Positions 30,414 to 40,681 of a DNA stretch of 64,000 bases are shown one piece after another. The stretch lies in assembly GCA_965248445.1 (NCBI GenBank), contig CBDFJG010000003.1, positions 640,001 to 704,000 of the forward strand, given 5' to 3'. The stretch comes from Planctomycetota bacterium. Lineage in GTDB: Bacteria; Planctomycetota; JAJSAM01; JAJVHW01. Position 1 is the first letter of the stretch, and each line of letters starts with the position of its first letter. The translations under genes and the position numbers were made by a program. The notes beneath the pieces were generated by a model. That model saw only the letters and a list, made by a program, of their open reading frames with translations. It was not told the DNA's origin and ran no database searches.

Positions 30414-32091
30414 CTAGCCGCATCTGTTCACGAGACGTCGCGATGACGGTGCTTTCGGAGTCCACAGGGTCAGATCTTGGCCAGGCGAGGGCGGATGCTG
30501 TCGTCGTTGCCACAAGGGCAACGCGAGTGAGCGGCCGAAACGGCGCGGATTCTGCGGTGTGGGCAGACCGTAGGCCGGGCGGTGGTGTGGCGGACGGCGC
30601 GGCGGGACGTCAGGTCGGCTTCGGGGATGCCAGCAGTCGTTGCGCGCAGCGCTCGAAGACGTGCTGCCAGGGCCACGACGAGGACATCGAGACCCAGATC
30701 CGGCGCGTCGTGATCCGCACGAGCGCGCCGATCTTGAGCAGCCGCAGGCGGATCGTGCCGGCTTGCGCACGCGCCATCTCGGTGCCGGCGAGACCGATGC
30801 GTCGCAGCGCACAGGTCAGGACGTAGGCCATGGCCGACATGGCCATCCGCACGGCGTTGCCCTGCATCGTGTGCACCGACAGACGGGTGCCGAAGAGCTC
30901 GAGCTGCTGCTCCTTGATGCGATTCTCCGCCTCGCCCCGGGCGCAGTAGAGCTGCTCGTAGAGACGCTTGCTGCTCCAGCTACGAGGCGGCAGATTGGTC
31001 ACCACGAAGCGGGGATTGCGCTTGCCGCCCGGCAGGTGCTCGGCCTTGGCGACCACGCGACGCCTCTGGCTCCAGCTCCCCAGCGTGGTCCAGGCAAAGT
31101 CGCGAAAGACCCGGGCTGCTCGGCCGGTCTGCACGGCACGGGCTGCGGCCTCATCGAGCGCGTCTTCGACGTGTCGCTCAAGGCGCTCATTGCGCGCCAT
31201 GCCCAGCAGGTAGAAGTGGCCGGCGGCCTCGCACCAGGCCATCAGCTCCTCGCGGCAAAAGCCCGAGTCTGCGCGCACGAGCACCTTGGCCCGGGGCCAG
31301 CGGCGCCGCAGACGTAAGACCAGCGCACGGAGCTCGTCCACGACTCCGCGCGCGGGATCTCTGTCAGCGGTCTGGAGCCGAGCGAGCAAGAGGTGCTCGC
31401 CGCAGAAGACGTACAGCGGCAGGTAGCAGTAGTGCCCGTAGTAGCCGTGGAAGAAGCGGCCCTCCTGCCGGCCGTGCAGCCGCACGTCGGAGTGGTCCAG
31501 GTCCAGCACGAGCAGGCCCGGATCCTCCGGCCCCATGGCCTCGCAGAAGACGTCGCTGAGCACGCTGTCCACGCGCTCCTGGTCCATCTCGATCTTGGCG
31601 TAGCGCGTCTGTGCCGTGGCGCCGAGCTGCGTGGTCTCGAGCCGCGAGAGCGTCGGGTGCGTGGCCAGAGCACCCTCGCGCTTGCCGCACGCCGCGGCAA
31701 ACAGCGGGTCCTTGCCGACATGGTCGTGGTCCACCAGATCCTCGTAGCCCGCGCACAGCCCGAAGACCCGCTGACGCAGCATCTGGCCGACCGTGTGCTC
31801 GACCCGACGCGGGTCCCGGTGGTCCCCGAAGCAGCGCGCAAACCGCGAGAGCAGATCGATGCGACGATCGACCCGCTCGAGCAGCAGCACGCCCCCGTCG
31901 CTCGTCACGGTACCGGCGTCGAAGCGCGTCACCGCGGTGCGTCCACAGATGCCCGCGAAGAGGGTCCCCTGCGGGCTACAGTCTGTCGTCATCGGGCCGG
32001 CGCTCCTGTCGGTGCAAGTACTAGCGAGTACGAGCACTTAGACAGACGACGGCCCGCTCAGATTCCCGGCTGGTGAACGATTCGGGCTAGG
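30413..32091 (-). mobile_element. IS1380-family insertion sequence (about 1.68 kb)
   Basis: Imperfect IRs: CCTAGCCGCATCTGTTCAC (30413-30431) versus CCTAGCCCGAATCGTTCAC (reverse complement of 32073-32091), 14/19 match. Single transposase. No clean target duplication. Confidence 0.85.
30610..31992 (-). CDS. IS1380-family DDE transposase
   Basis: FDAGTVTSDGG, GYED, LDLD, FHGYYGHYCYLPL, RADSGF and YCARGEAENRIKE. Confidence 0.92.
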   Translation of the reverse strand: MTTDCSPQGTLFAGICGRTAVTRFDAGTVTSDGGVLLLERVDRRIDLLSRFARCFGDHRDPRRVEHTVGQMLRQRVFGLCAGYEDLVDHDHVGKDPLFAAACGKREGALATHPTLSRLETTQLGATAQTRYAKIEMDQERVDSVLSDVFCEAMGPEDPGLLVLDLDHSDVRLHGRQEGRFFHGYYGHYCYLPLYVFCGEHLLLARLQTADRDPARGVVDELRALVLRLRRRWPRAKVLVRADSGFCREELMAWCEAAGHFYLLGMARNERLERHVEDALDEAAARAVQTGRAARVFRDFAWTTLGSWSQRRRVVAKAEHLPGGKRNPRFVVTNLPPRSWSSKRLYEQLYCARGEAENRIKEQQLELFGTRLSVHTMQGNAVRMAMSAMAYVLTCALRRIGLAGTEMARAQAGTIRLRLLKIGALVRITTRRIWVSMSSSWPWQHVFERCAQRLLASPKPT

Positions 32092-32182
32092 GCAGGGAAT
32101 CGCTACGCCCTGGCGCGCCGGCGCACGTACCTTGCGCGGTTGCCGTGCGTACGGACGGGTACGTGCGCGGAGGAGGTGTCCC

Positions 32183-34090
32183 GTGGCCACACAACAAGCC
32201 GAGACATTTGCGTTCCAGGCGGAGGTCAGCCAGGTCTTGTCCCTGGTCGTCAACTCGCTCTACGCCCACCGCGAGGTGTTCCTGCGAGAGCTCCTGAGCA
32301 ACGCGAGCGACGCGCTCGATCACCTGTCGTTCCGTGCCGTCACGGAGCCCGAGGTGATGGGCGACGACAAGGACCTCGAGATCCGCATCGCCGTCGACAC
32401 CGACGCGCGGACGATCGCGATCTCCGACAATGGAATCGGGATGACTCACGACGAACTCGTGAAGAACCTCGGCACGATCGCCCAGTCCGGGACCAGGGAG
32501 CTGGCGGCCGCGCTGCGGGAGCAGGGCACCGGCGATGCCGCGCTGATCGGCCAGTTCGGCGTCGGGTTCTACTCCGGCTTCCTAGTTGCCGAGCGGGTCT
32601 CCGTGACCTCGCGCGCAGCGGCCAGCGATGAGGCGTGGTGCTGGTCGAGCGACGGCGCCACCGGCTTCACGGTGGAGGGCGCGGAGCGCCAGGGGCGCGG
32701 CACCGATGTCGTGCTCCACCTGCGCGACGACGAGGAGCTCGGTGACTTCCTGCGCGACTGGACGCTGCGTGAACTCGTCCGCAAGTACTCGGACTACGTG
32801 CGTCACCCGATCCGGCTGCGCACAGAGAAGCCCACCGACCCCAAGGGCGACGAGAACGGTGAGACCACGGTGTCGTGGGAGCAGGTCAACCGCGGCGCCG
32901 CGCTCTGGACGCGACCGCGGAGTGAGGTCGAACACGAGCAGTACGTCGAGTTCTACAAGCATCTGACGCACGACTGGGAGGAGCCGCTCGGCTACCGCCA
33001 CTTCAAGGTCGAGGGCATGCAGGAGCTCGGCGGAATCCTGTTCGTTCCGAAGCGTCCGGCGATGGACTTCGCCTCTGGCCGCCGTAAGGGCATGCGCCTG
33101 TTCGTGCGGCGCGTCTTCGTCATGGACGACTGCGAGGAGCTGATGCCCGAGTGGCTGCGCTTCATGCGTGGTGTCGTGGACTCCGACGACCTGCCGCTCA
33201 ATGTCTCGCGTGAGTTCCTGCAGAAGGACCGCACGACCGCAGCCATCCGCAAGCAGATCGTCAGGCAGGCCATCGCGCTGCTCGAGGAGATGGCGGGCGA
33301 GGACAGCGACACGGACTACGAGGCGTTCTGGAACTCGTTCGGTGCGGTGCTGAAGGAGGGCGTGCACTACGAGCCGAAGCACAAGGACAAGATCGCGAAG
33401 CTGCTGCGCTACCACACGTCGGCGGATCGCGGCCTCGTCTCGCTCGAGCAGTACATCGAGCACATGCCGGCCGAGCAGGACGCGATCTACTACGTCACGG
33501 CGCAGTCGCAGGCCGCCGCAGCCGGCAGCCCGCAGATCGAGGCGTTGCGTGCACGGGAGTACGAAGTCCTCTACATGACCGATCCGGTCGACGAGTGGGT
33601 CGTCGAGTCGCTTCCGGAGTTCCGTGAGAAGAAGCTCGTCTCAGCTGCCAAGGGCGCGCTGGATCTCCCGGAGTCCGACGAGGACAAGCAGAAGCGCGAG
33701 GAGCAGACTGAGTCTCTCGCGGGTCTCGCAGAGCGAATGCAGACCGCGCTCTCGGAGCACGTCCAGGAAGTGCGCGTCTCCACTCGTCTCACGGACTCAC
33801 CGGCATGTCTGGTGGTGGACGAGGGCGGCATGGCTCCGCACATCGAGCGCATGCTCCGCGCTCATCAGCGGGGCGCCGCTGCGCAACAGCGCATTCTGGA
33901 GGTCAACCCCGATCACCCGGTGATCGAGCACCTGCGCGCGCTGGCGGGGGACGACGACCACTCGGAGACCGTGGACGACTGGTCGCGGCTCCTGTTCGAC
34001 CAGGCGCTCGTGGCCGAGGGCAGTCCGCCGACCGATCCGTCCGGGTTCGCCCGGCGCATCACGAGCTTGCTCACGCGGGCGATCGGCTAG
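32183..34090 (+). CDS. htpG: Molecular chaperone HtpG (Hsp90)
   Basis: FQAEV, FLRELLSNASDA, IGQFGVGFYS and DLPLNVSRE; GGAGG RBS. Confidence 0.96.
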   Translation: MATQQAETFAFQAEVSQVLSLVVNSLYAHREVFLRELLSNASDALDHLSFRAVTEPEVMGDDKDLEIRIAVDTDARTIAISDNGIGMTHDELVKNLGTIAQSGTRELAAALREQGTGDAALIGQFGVGFYSGFLVAERVSVTSRAAASDEAWCWSSDGATGFTVEGAERQGRGTDVVLHLRDDEELGDFLRDWTLRELVRKYSDYVRHPIRLRTEKPTDPKGDENGETTVSWEQVNRGAALWTRPRSEVEHEQYVEFYKHLTHDWEEPLGYRHFKVEGMQELGGILFVPKRPAMDFASGRRKGMRLFVRRVFVMDDCEELMPEWLRFMRGVVDSDDLPLNVSREFLQKDRTTAAIRKQIVRQAIALLEEMAGEDSDTDYEAFWNSFGAVLKEGVHYEPKHKDKIAKLLRYHTSADRGLVSLEQYIEHMPAEQDAIYYVTAQSQAAAAGSPQIEALRAREYEVLYMTDPVDEWVVESLPEFREKKLVSAAKGALDLPESDEDKQKREEQTESLAGLAERMQTALSEHVQEVRVSTRLTDSPACLVVDEGGMAPHIERMLRAHQRGAAAQQRILEVNPDHPVIEHLRALAGDDDHSETVDDWSRLLFDQALVAEGSPPTDPSGFARRITSLLTRAIG

Positions 34091-34093
34091 CCG

Positions 34094-35689
34094 TTGGCCG
34101 GCCACCTCGCGCGGTGCCGCGCTCCCGCTGGGGAGATCGTGCTGCCGCGCGAACGCGAGCTGTCGGACCGCTGGCTGGTAGACGCGGCGTACTTTCCCGG
34201 CGGCCGCGCGGATCACCTGTTCGTGCCGCAAACCGAGGGCGAGGCGGCCGCCGTCCTGCGCGTGCACGGCACCGTTCTGCCGATCGGCGCACAGTCATCC
34301 CTGACGGGCGGGGCTACACCCCTGGGCGGCGCGCTGCTCGCGAGCGAGGGCTTCGACGGGCTGTGCATCGACCCAGGCGCCCGCACGGCGACGTGTGGTG
34401 CGGGTGTGCCGCTGTCGCGGGTTCAGGAAGAGGCGCGGGAGCACGGGTTGTTCCTCGCGCCGGCGCCCACCTACGACGGGGCGTTCGTGGGCGGCGCGGT
34501 CGCCACCAACGCCGCCGGCGCCGCGACGTTCAAGTACGGCACGATGCGCGCGGCGGTCCGCGGCCTGACCGTGATTCTCGCCGACGGTTCGGTGCTCGAA
34601 CTCTCCCGTGGCGACGTGACGGCGCACCCCGACGGATGGATCGACATCGCGCTCTGCTCCGGTGACACCGTGCGCGTCGACGTGCCGACGTACCGGGACC
34701 CCGACGTCCCGAAGTGCTCCGCCGGTTACTTCGCTTCTCCGGAGATGGATCTCGTCGACCTGTTCGTCGGCGCGGAAGGCACGCTCGGCGTGGTCACCGA
34801 GGCCGTGCTCGCCCTCACTCCAGCGCCTGCCGCCTACCTGGGTTGCTGGCTGCCGGTGGACGACGAAGCGCGCGGACTGGCCATCGTCGCTGCGCTGCGC
34901 GAGGCGTCACGGGAGACGTGGGGAACGGACGATCCGAACGGCCTGGACGTGCCGTCCATCGAACACTTCGACCGACGTTCGATCGAGCTGCTGATCGAGG
35001 ACGGCGCGGATCGCGAGCAGGGCGTGCCCCTCGATCCCTCCGACGCACTCATCCTGCTGTTCGGATTGGAGCTTCGTGCTCCGCTGACCGCCGAGGAAGC
35101 CGTCGACCAACTCTCGGATCCCGGCGGACCGGATGCGCCACTGCGCCGTCTGATGACTCTCCTCGGGGACGCTGCGGAGCGACTCGAGGTCGCGCTCCCC
35201 GGCGAAGCGCGGCAGGTGCGACGCTTCGCTGCGTTGCGCGAGGCGGTGCCGATGGCCGTGAACCACCGCGTGCGAGACGCGCGACTCGCCGATCCGGCGG
35301 TGCACAAGGTGGGCGGCGACTTCATCGTGCCGTTCGACCGTCTCGCCGAGAGCTTCGCGGTGTATCGCGAGGAGTTCACGAGCCGCGAGCTGGACCTCGC
35401 CATCTGGGGACACGTGGGCGACGGAAACGTGCACCCGAACGCGATCCCGCGAACCCGCGAGGACGTGCAGCGGGGCAAGGAGGCGCTCTTCGCGTCGGGC
35501 GAGCGCGTCGTCGCACTGGGCGGTTCGCCCCTCGCGGAGCACGGCGTCGGGCGGCATCCGGTCAAGCAGGTGTTCCTGCGGACGCTGCGCGGCGACCAGG
35601 GCATCCGGGAGATGCGCGCCGTCAAGCGCGCACTCGACCCGCTGAACCGTCTCGCGCCCGGCGTCCTGTTCCCGGTCGAGCCAGCGTGA
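34094..35689 (+). CDS. FAD-linked oxidoreductase (GlcD/D-lactate dehydrogenase family)
   Basis: GGAVATNAAG, GAEGTLGVVT, GHVGDGNVH, AEHGVG and LDP..RLAPG. Confidence 0.85.
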   Translation: MAGHLARCRAPAGEIVLPRERELSDRWLVDAAYFPGGRADHLFVPQTEGEAAAVLRVHGTVLPIGAQSSLTGGATPLGGALLASEGFDGLCIDPGARTATCGAGVPLSRVQEEAREHGLFLAPAPTYDGAFVGGAVATNAAGAATFKYGTMRAAVRGLTVILADGSVLELSRGDVTAHPDGWIDIALCSGDTVRVDVPTYRDPDVPKCSAGYFASPEMDLVDLFVGAEGTLGVVTEAVLALTPAPAAYLGCWLPVDDEARGLAIVAALREASRETWGTDDPNGLDVPSIEHFDRRSIELLIEDGADREQGVPLDPSDALILLFGLELRAPLTAEEAVDQLSDPGGPDAPLRRLMTLLGDAAERLEVALPGEARQVRRFAALREAVPMAVNHRVRDARLADPAVHKVGGDFIVPFDRLAESFAVYREEFTSRELDLAIWGHVGDGNVHPNAIPRTREDVQRGKEALFASGERVVALGGSPLAEHGVGRHPVKQVFLRTLRGDQGIREMRAVKRALDPLNRLAPGVLFPVEPA

Positions 35690-38600
35690 GCGCGCCGCGC
35701 TTCCGCGTGGCGATCGATCGCGGGGGCACATTCACGGACCTTGTGGCGATGCGGGACGGCGAGACCCGCGTGGCGAAGGTCCCGTCCGGCGATGTGGACG
35801 CAGTCGTCTCGGCCATTCGTGAGCTCGTCGGATCCGAGGAACTCTCCACGAAGACCGTCGAGAGCGTGCGCTGCGGCACGACGGTGGCCACCAACGCTCT
35901 GCTCGAGCGCCGCGGAGAACGCAGCGCGTTGCTCGTCACGGAGGGGTTTGGCGACCTTCTCCGCATCCGCGACCAAGCCCGTCCGGATCTGTTCGCCCTC
36001 CCGATCGTGCGGCCGGAGCCGTTGGCGGAAGTGGTGCGCGAGATTCCCGAGCGGGTGCTCTCGGACGGGGAGATCCGTGTCCCGCTCGACGAAGCTGCTG
36101 TGGGGCGCGCCGCACAGCAGCTGCACGCGGAGGGTGTTCGCTCCGTCGCGGTGCTGTTCCTCCACTCCTTCGCACATCCGGAACACGAGGTTCGAGCGGG
36201 CGAGATCCTCCTCGAAGCTGGTATCGAACACGTGGCCCTCTCGCACCGGGTCGCGAACGAGGTACGCGCCGTCCCGCGGGGCGAGACGGCGTGCGCGGAC
36301 GCCTATCTGACGCCGCTCCTGCGCCGTGCGCTCGCGGAGTTGACACGCGCGTTCGACACGTTCGTGGATGTGCGCGTCATGCAGAGTCACGGCGGGCTCG
36401 CCGACACGCAGCTCGTTTCCGGCCCTCGGGCCGTGCTGTCGGGTCCGGCCGGCGGAGTCGTTGCGACGGCCGCCGTCGCGCGCGGTGCAGACGCGCCACG
36501 GGCTATCGGACTCGACATGGGCGGCACCAGCACCGACGTGTGTCGTGTGGCGGGGGAGCCGGAGCTGCGATTCGAGACCGACGTCGGCGGAGTGAAACTG
36601 CGCGTCCCGTCACTCCGAGTGGAGACGGTCGCAGCGGGCGGCGGATCGGTGCTGTCGTTCGACGGACGCCGACTGCGCGTCGGGCCGGAGAGCGCAGGCG
36701 CGGATCCCGGTCCGGCGGGATACGGCCGCGGCGGCCCCGCGACCCTGACGGACGCCAACGCAGTGCTCGGACGGATCGTGCCCGATCTCTATCCCCGTTG
36801 CTTCGGTCCGCACCGGGATGCAGCATTCGACGTCGCCGCGTCCCGCACAGCAGTGGCCGCCCTCGCCGTCGAGGCCGGGATGACCGTCGAGGAGGCGGCC
36901 GCGGGGTTCGTGCGCATCGCGGTGGAGCGCATGGCGCAGGCGATCCGCGAGGTCAGCGTCGCCGAGGGCCACGATGTTCGGAAGCACGCGCTCGTCGTGT
37001 TCGGCGGTGCGGGGGGACAACACGCGTGCGCGCTGGCCCGTGCGCTGGGCGTGCAGCGCGTCTTGTTCCACCGGCTGGGGAGCGTCCTCTCCGCGTGGGG
37101 GATTGCCCACGCGACGCCGGGAGAAGAGGTCGCGCAGGCTTTCCTCAGACCGTTGACCGACGCCAGCGTCGAGGAAGCGCGATTGATCGGCATGCGCCTC
37201 CTCGAGATGGTGACAGTCGCCGTCCGCCGCGGAGTCGCGGGACCGCCATTGGATTGGTCGCAACGGGTCGAGGCGCGTTATGCGGGTGTCGATGCGACGC
37301 TCGTTATCGACGTCGGCGAGGCAGCCCGCATGCGCGCGGCGTTCCACGAACTGCACCGGGCACGCTACGGCTTCGCACGGCCAGGAGAGCCGGTCGAGAT
37401 CGTCTCGGTGCGTGTCCACGCTCGGGAGAGGAGGAGCGATCCAGCACTCGGACGGAATTCGGCTGGGCCGCTCTCCCCGCCTGGGCCGGTCTCACGGGCC
37501 AAGACGTGGTTCGGCGGACTCCGCGAGACGCCGGTGCATTCACTTACCGGTCTCGGAGCCGCTGCAAGCGTTCTCGGTCCGGCGTTGGTCGTGGACGACG
37601 TGACGACCATTGTCGTTGAGCCCGGGTTCGGACTCCGGAACGTGGACGGCGAGATCTACGAGTTGACGCCGTTGGACCCGACGCCGCAGCCGCGAGCGAC
37701 CACGGCGCGCGATCCGTTGCATCTCACTCTCTTTGCGAACGCGTTCCGCTCCATAGCCGAGCGCATGGGCGCGATGCTCGAGCGTGTCGCGCACTCCACG
37801 AACATCAAGGAGCGCCTCGATTTCTCCTGCGCCCTGTTCGACGCGGACGGCCGCCTGCTGGTCAGCGCACCGCACGTCCCGGTGCACCTCGGAGCGATGG
37901 GGCAGAGCGTTCGTGCGATCCGCAAGCTGCGCAACGGGCGCTTTCGCGAGGGCGACGCGATTGCAACGAACGATCCCTACGAGGGCGGCTCGCACCTGCC
38001 GGACGTCACGCTGGTGACACCCGTCCTGGTCGAGAGCGGCTCGCCAGCGTTCTTCGTGGCCAACCGCGCGCACCACGCGGACGTCGGCGGGGTCACGCCG
38101 GGATCCATGCCGCCGCACTCGACGCGCATCGACGAGGAGGGCGTGCGGATCCACGATCTCCTGGTCGTGCGGGACGGTGTGTTCGACGAGCCCGGCGCTC
38201 GGACTGCGTTCGATGCGGGGCAGCATCCTGCGCGTAACCCGGACGAGCGGATGTCCGATCTCCGTGCGCAAGCCGCGGCCAACGCCGAAGGCGCGCGCCT
38301 CGTGGCCGAACTGGCGTACGAGCACGAAGCCGGAGTGGTTGCGGCGTACGCTGGCCACGTGCTGGATGATGCGGCCGAGGCGATGGAGGAACTACTCCGC
38401 GAGCTGCCCGACGGTGCGTTCGCCGCCGAGGACCGTATGGACGACGGCACGCGCCTGGCAGTGTCCGTCGTCGTCGCCGGCTCAAGGGCAACGGTGGACT
38501 TCGACGGGACGGGGCCACGGGCGGCGGGCAACCTGAACGCGCCGCACGCCGTGACGCACGCCGCCGTGCTCTTCGCGCTGCGCCTCCTGGTGAAGCGAGA

Positions 38601-39264
38601 CGTGCCCTTGAACGAGGGCTGCCTGCGCCCGATCGAGATCCGCATCCCCGCCGGTTCGCTGCTCGACCCCGCGCCGCCCTGTGCGGTCGTGGGTGGAAAT
38701 GTCGAGACGTCGATGCGGCTCGTGGATCTGGTGCTCGCCGCGCTGGGGGCCTGCGCCGGCGGGCAGGGGACGATGAACAACGTCGCGTTCGGTCCCGTCG
38801 GCGGCGGACTCACGTACTACGAGACGATCTGCGGCGGTACCGGCGCGGGTCCGGGGTTCCCCGGTGCGTCGGCCGTGCAGTCGCACATGACGAACACCCG
38901 CATCACGGATCCCGAGGTCCTCGAGCTGCGGCATCCCGTGATCCTGCGCCGATTCGCGATCCGGAAGGAGAGCGGAGGTGCCGGGGCGATGTGCGGCGGC
39001 GACGGAGTCATCCGTGAGATCGAGGCACGGGCCGCGCTGCGGGGCGGCGTGCTCTCGGGCCGGCGGGACCGGGGCGGGCCCGGGCTCGCGGGGGGTGTGG
39101 ACGGGAAGCCCGGGCAGAATCGAGTGCTGCGAGGAGGCGGAGCGGCGGAGCGCCTGGGCGCCTCGGCGTCGTTCGCGCTCGAGCCGGGTGACGCCCTCCG
39201 CATCGAGACCCCGGGAGGCGGCGGGCACGGCGTCGTCACTCCGCGTCGCGGCGGCGCGCCCTGA
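35686..39264 (+). CDS. Fused hydantoinase A/B 5-oxoprolinase family protein
   Basis: IDRGGTFTD, GTTVATN, DMGGTSTD, STNIKERLDFSC, HMTNTRITDPE and TPGGGG. Confidence 0.9.
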   Translation: MSAPRFRVAIDRGGTFTDLVAMRDGETRVAKVPSGDVDAVVSAIRELVGSEELSTKTVESVRCGTTVATNALLERRGERSALLVTEGFGDLLRIRDQARPDLFALPIVRPEPLAEVVREIPERVLSDGEIRVPLDEAAVGRAAQQLHAEGVRSVAVLFLHSFAHPEHEVRAGEILLEAGIEHVALSHRVANEVRAVPRGETACADAYLTPLLRRALAELTRAFDTFVDVRVMQSHGGLADTQLVSGPRAVLSGPAGGVVATAAVARGADAPRAIGLDMGGTSTDVCRVAGEPELRFETDVGGVKLRVPSLRVETVAAGGGSVLSFDGRRLRVGPESAGADPGPAGYGRGGPATLTDANAVLGRIVPDLYPRCFGPHRDAAFDVAASRTAVAALAVEAGMTVEEAAAGFVRIAVERMAQAIREVSVAEGHDVRKHALVVFGGAGGQHACALARALGVQRVLFHRLGSVLSAWGIAHATPGEEVAQAFLRPLTDASVEEARLIGMRLLEMVTVAVRRGVAGPPLDWSQRVEARYAGVDATLVIDVGEAARMRAAFHELHRARYGFARPGEPVEIVSVRVHARERRSDPALGRNSAGPLSPPGPVSRAKTWFGGLRETPVHSLTGLGAAASVLGPALVVDDVTTIVVEPGFGLRNVDGEIYELTPLDPTPQPRATTARDPLHLTLFANAFRSIAERMGAMLERVAHSTNIKERLDFSCALFDADGRLLVSAPHVPVHLGAMGQSVRAIRKLRNGRFREGDAIATNDPYEGGSHLPDVTLVTPVLVESGSPAFFVANRAHHADVGGVTPGSMPPHSTRIDEEGVRIHDLLVVRDGVFDEPGARTAFDAGQHPARNPDERMSDLRAQAAANAEGARLVAELAYEHEAGVVAAYAGHVLDDAAEAMEELLRELPDGAFAAEDRMDDGTRLAVSVVVAGSRATVDFDGTGPRAAGNLNAPHAVTHAAVLFALRLLVKRDVPLNEGCLRPIEIRIPAGSLLDPAPPCAVVGGNVETSMRLVDLVLAALGACAGGQGTMNNVAFGPVGGGLTYYETICGGTGAGPGFPGASAVQSHMTNTRITDPEVLELRHPVILRRFAIRKESGGAGAMCGGDGVIREIEARAALRGGVLSGRRDRGGPGLAGGVDGKPGQNRVLRGGGAAERLGASASFALEPGDALRIETPGGGGHGVVTPRRGGAP

Positions 39265-39406
39265 GCGCGATGAACGCGACCCCGCCGATCCCGAGTGCGA
39301 ACACGATGCACAGGAAGACGATCGCCGTGGTGAAGTCCTCACCACGGAGCCCGGCGTCCCGTTTGAGGTCTTCGCCGTCCTGAGCCAGCAGGAGGATCTC
39401 GCGCAC
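39236..39406 (-). CDS. Small single-TM hypothetical protein (56 aa)
   Basis: MREILLLAQ...FTTAIVFLCIVFALGIGGVAFIALRARRR; GATAAT 6 nt before GTG; fills the gap between flanking genes. Confidence 0.5.
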   Translation of the reverse strand: MREILLLAQDGEDLKRDAGLRGEDFTTAIVFLCIVFALGIGGVAFIALRARRRDAE

Positions 39407-39485
39407 CGCCCGATTATCCGATGCCGACGCGCTGTCCGGGTGGATTCTGCGCTGGCTCGACAGCCGCGGTGAGGAGCGACCACTC

Positions 39486-40526
39486 ATGGCAGAGAAAACG
39501 GGCCTCTCGTACAAGGACGCCGGGGTGGACATCGACGCCGCCACGCGGGGGCTCGCGCGCGCGAGAGCCGCGATCCTGGCAACCCACGGGGACGAGTGTG
39601 TCGGCGGTGTCGGCGGCTTCGGCGGCCTGTTCCGACTCCCGGCGGGCCTGACCGACGGATTGCTCGTGGCCTCCACCGACGGCGCCGGGACGAAGATCCA
39701 CGTCGCACGGATGGCCGGGAGGCACGACACGGTGGGCGAGGACCTCGCGAACCACTGCGTCAACGACGTGCTGGTTCAGGGCGCCCGCCCGCTGTTCCTG
39801 CTCGACTACTTCGCCACCGGCAAGCTCGACGAGGACGTTCTGGTCGACGTCATTCACGGCTTTGCGCGCGGATGCAAGGTGAACGGCTGCGCACTGCTCG
39901 GCGGCGAGACGGCCGAGATGCCGGGCACCTATGACGGAGAAGACTTCGACCTGTGTGCGACCGTCATCGGGGTCGTCGAACGTGACGCACTCCTGCCGCG
40001 GGACGTCGCGGCCGGTGACGTCCTGATCGGTCTGCGCTCGAGCGGGTTGCACACCAACGGCTACTCGCTGGCGCGCAAGGCACTGTTCGAGCGGGCGGGC
40101 CACGAGATTCACGACCGGCCGGCCGCGCTGCAAGGCGCGAGCATCGCCGACGCGCTGCTGGCCGTGCACCGGACGTATGCGCCGCTGCTCCTCCCCATGT
40201 TGCCGACCGGACGCATCAAGGCGATGTGCCACATCACGGGCGGGGGATTCCCCGACAACCTGCCGCGCGTTCTGCCCGAGAACGTGCGCGCGCGGGTCGA
40301 GGTCTCCTCGTGGACGCCGCTCCCGATCTTCGAACTGATCCGTGACGGCGGTGACGTCAGTCAGGCCGACCTGTACCGCACGTTCAACATGGGCGTGGGG
40401 ATGGTCCTCGTGGCATCGGCCGACGACGCGGCAGCACTGCTCGCCGACCTCGAAGCAGCCGGCGAACAGGGCGCTGTCAGGATCGGCGAGCTCGTGGCGG
40501 GCTCCCGCGGCGTCGACCTCGTCTGA
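39486..40526 (+). CDS. purM: Phosphoribosylformylglycinamidine cyclo-ligase
   Basis: YKDAGVD, STDGAGTK, GGETAEMPG, HTNGYSL and TFNMGVGM. Confidence 0.96.
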   Translation: MAEKTGLSYKDAGVDIDAATRGLARARAAILATHGDECVGGVGGFGGLFRLPAGLTDGLLVASTDGAGTKIHVARMAGRHDTVGEDLANHCVNDVLVQGARPLFLLDYFATGKLDEDVLVDVIHGFARGCKVNGCALLGGETAEMPGTYDGEDFDLCATVIGVVERDALLPRDVAAGDVLIGLRSSGLHTNGYSLARKALFERAGHEIHDRPAALQGASIADALLAVHRTYAPLLLPMLPTGRIKAMCHITGGGFPDNLPRVLPENVRARVEVSSWTPLPIFELIRDGGDVSQADLYRTFNMGVGMVLVASADDAAALLADLEAAGEQGAVRIGELVAGSRGVDLV

Positions 40527-40681
40527 CCACCTCCGAGCCTCGTCCCCTAAGGCTAAAGAGCCTCAGGTCCCGATAGGGCCTTGGCGGACGCCGGCGCGTC
40601 GGCAGCGTCAGCTGTCGGGCCGGAGAGCAACGCGTCCGCCGCCGCCCACGCACTGCCTGCGAGGGCATGCGGAGGATCGGG

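Noticed and set aside
30199..32096. GCAGG at 30199-30203 and 32092-32096 as an IS1380 target duplication
   Set aside because: The left copy lies inside a MITE hairpin and is not next to an IR-like sequence; a 5-mer match is expected by chance.
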